DNA of 64,000 bases. Source: Antechinus flavipes. Its lineage: Eukaryota. Where the stretch lies: assembly GCF_016432865.1 (NCBI RefSeq), contig NC_067401.1, forward strand, positions 41,230,001 to 41,294,000. Reading direction: 5' to 3'. Within the stretch, counting starts at the first letter, position 1. Each line of letters begins with the position of its first letter. The position numbers and the translations under genes are program-made. The notes beneath the pieces are model-generated. The model did no database searches. It was given only the letters and a program-made list of their open reading frames with translations, and was not told where the DNA came from. Shown piece by piece: positions 61,987-64,000 of this stretch.

Positions 61987-62240
61987 AGTTCATACATAAA
62001 GGGGTCTCCTCTGAGCATTGAAGTAGGGGATTGAGAAGGCTAGAATGTGTGTTTCCTTCTTAATGTTCTCTCCTTTTTTTTTTTTTTTTCCAGAGGGCAA
62101 GGGCAGCATCAGAAGCCAGAACCATGGACATGGTGTGGTGGTGGTGGGGCTGGCCCATAGCACTGATATGAGCTGGACTTCTCTGACATGAAGAACCTCA
62201 GATCTGAGAAGTTAGACCTTGGATGAAAGAATGGATCCAG

Positions 62241-62279
62241 AATAAAAGCATGGAAGAAACCAGCTTTGTGGGAAATAAA
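62241..62279 (+). terminator. Two candidate ANKRD35 poly(A) signals
   Basis: AATAAA at 62241-62246 and 62274-62279, downstream of a strong acceptor (T-run + cag, 62093). Confidence 0.55.
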
Positions 62280-63186
62280 GCAGGAGGCAGTATGGTGTTC
62301 TCTATCATTGCTTCTTTGGTCTGGGGCCAGGGTAGACATGCATTTCCTAGCTCCTTTGGGATTAGCCACAAATGACTTCTCCCCCTAGGTGAGGTCATTG
62401 ATGTGACTCTCTTGCCAACACTTTCATATGGAGATAACTACAGTATCTTCTCTTCCTTAAGGCCACTGAGTCACGATGTGCTTTTTGTCTAGTGTGGAAA
62501 GACATCAAGGTAGAGAACTAGCTTCTGTTCCAACCAGAGTGAAGTGTAGACAGCTCTCCTATCCCCCACCAGTTCTTTTTTCAGCTAAGACAATGGAGCT
62601 TCTTTTATTTTATAAAGACTTGTACTACTTCCTCCTGTGTACCCCCCCCCCAAAGCTACCATTTGGCTGAGTGAGAGTATGGCCCCTGTAGCCTTGGAGG
62701 TTGGTCTGACAGCCCCAACACTGGTCCCTTCAAACTCTAATGGAGGCACATGATAGGGGATAAAGAGCTGGCCTTGAATCCAAATTATGGGTTTAAGATC
62801 TGTCTCTGAATACCAGTCATATGGACTTCAGACAATTCACTTAAATTCTAAAGTCTATTCTCTATTCTCTATTGGTAAAAGGAGTTTCCTTACTTGGGAT
62901 TTTCTTATAACAATAAAAACACAAGCCCAGGTCTATCATCTGATGGGTTAAGTAGGGCTTTGGTTGACAGTGAAGGAATCTTTGCAGCCTGTCTCCTCCA
63001 AATCCACTTTACACAATCCCCAAAGGCCTTTGGGGCACATGAATCCCAAGAGGAGGTGGGGTGTGTGAAGACAGTGGCTGGCATGTGTTGGGGAATGGGG
63101 ATTGATGTGTTGCTGAACAGAACTCATTTGCCTGTACTTTGGCTGGTAAGCTTCAGGTTTAAACATTTCCATATGGGAGATGACAG

Positions 63187-63189
<3 letters not shown>

Positions 63190-63221
<32 letters not shown>
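63190..63221. repeat. (GT)16 microsatellite
   Basis: Perfect dinucleotide run. Confidence 0.95.
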
Positions 63222-63228
<7 letters not shown>

Positions 63229-64000
63229 TGGGAGAGGAGAATGGGGAGGTGATACTTGAAGGAGAAGGGCTGTGGGAGTGTGTAGGGTGTGTTCAGCTAC
63301 TTTCTCCAGGACTGGGATGGGGGAGGAGCAGCTGCGAATCTGGATCAGCCCCCCAGGGACTGTTCCTGTGGTCCATGAGTAGGTCAGCTCGGGTGTTGGG
63401 GGTGGAGAGTGCTTTAAGCCATGGGGGAATGGGAAGGAAGGATAGAATGGAGGAGTGGGAAAGATAGGTAAAACATCTCTAAGGAGAATGTCCTATAGGT
63501 CCTGCTCACTTGTGATCATCCCGATAGAATTTCTCCTATTGCGCTTGAGCTTGTTTTTTATTCATCATTATATGTCCTGAGTTCAAATGAAAAGGAGAAA
63601 AAACTGAAGCAAGGTAAAAGTTTTTTTTTTTTTTTTTTTTTTTTTTAGAGGCGTGGGTCTGAACAAGGTTTATAGACTGAATCAGGAAGAGCTCTGGTAA
63701 TAGAAATCAAACCTCTAGGGTTTCTGGAAAGCTTGGACCAGGATACAGGGATTTGAGGAAAGGAGGATGGCTGGTAGTCCTCCCCACATCCCAAACCCTA
63801 AAATACCATTTTATTTTAAAATAAACATCTAAGATTTTTGGATGCTGGAATTCATTTTATAAATAAACTTTTTCCTCAATGGAAGGCACAGTAATCCCAG
63901 TCCTCACCCTGTCTGCTTGGCTGATTGTTATTAAAGTGTTGTCTGTACTGGGGGTGAATGTGAGATCTTGGATTCAAAACAGTGAATTGGAGACAAATTA

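Noticed and set aside
63482-63536. 7-bp inverted repeat aggagaa/ttctcct
   Set aside because: Too short to exceed chance; no start of the next expected gene (PIAS3 by human synteny) is visible before the window ends.

Overview
Eukaryotic (marsupial) genomic DNA. The WSINE1/MAR1-type SINEs, marsupial L1 3' ends and an OC1-type hAT MITE point to a dasyurid such as the Tasmanian devil (inference). The window is syntenic to the human 1q21.1 block and holds five intron-containing genes that I spliced by hand, all with canonical GT-AG sites and open frames: RBM8A (+, 6 exons, 174 aa), GNRHR2 (-, 3 exons, 377 aa, intact unlike the human pseudogene), PEX11B (+, 4 exons, 254 aa), ITGA10 (+, 30 exons, 1165 aa) and ANKRD35 (+, 13 coding exons, 979 aa). 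There are two N gaps, many SINE/LINE/LTR/DNA-transposon remnants and two minisatellites. No prokaryotic system or CRISPR array is present, and I found no convincing new multi-gene system. The most unusual observations are: (1) a 13-copy 39-bp (13-codon) VNTR whose ATG opens a 200-codon frame continuous with the ANKRD35 start; (2) a composite VNTR in ITGA10 intron 26 that is stop-free in all six frames; (3) an OC1-like MITE with terminal inverted repeats (TIRs) and a target-site duplication (TSD); (4) interlocked RBM8A/GNRHR2 poly(A) signals; (5) candidate alternative splicing at PEX11B (MGKL first exon) and ANKRD35 (two donors around the stop codon). Family names and comparisons with human proteins are from memory; no database search was run.
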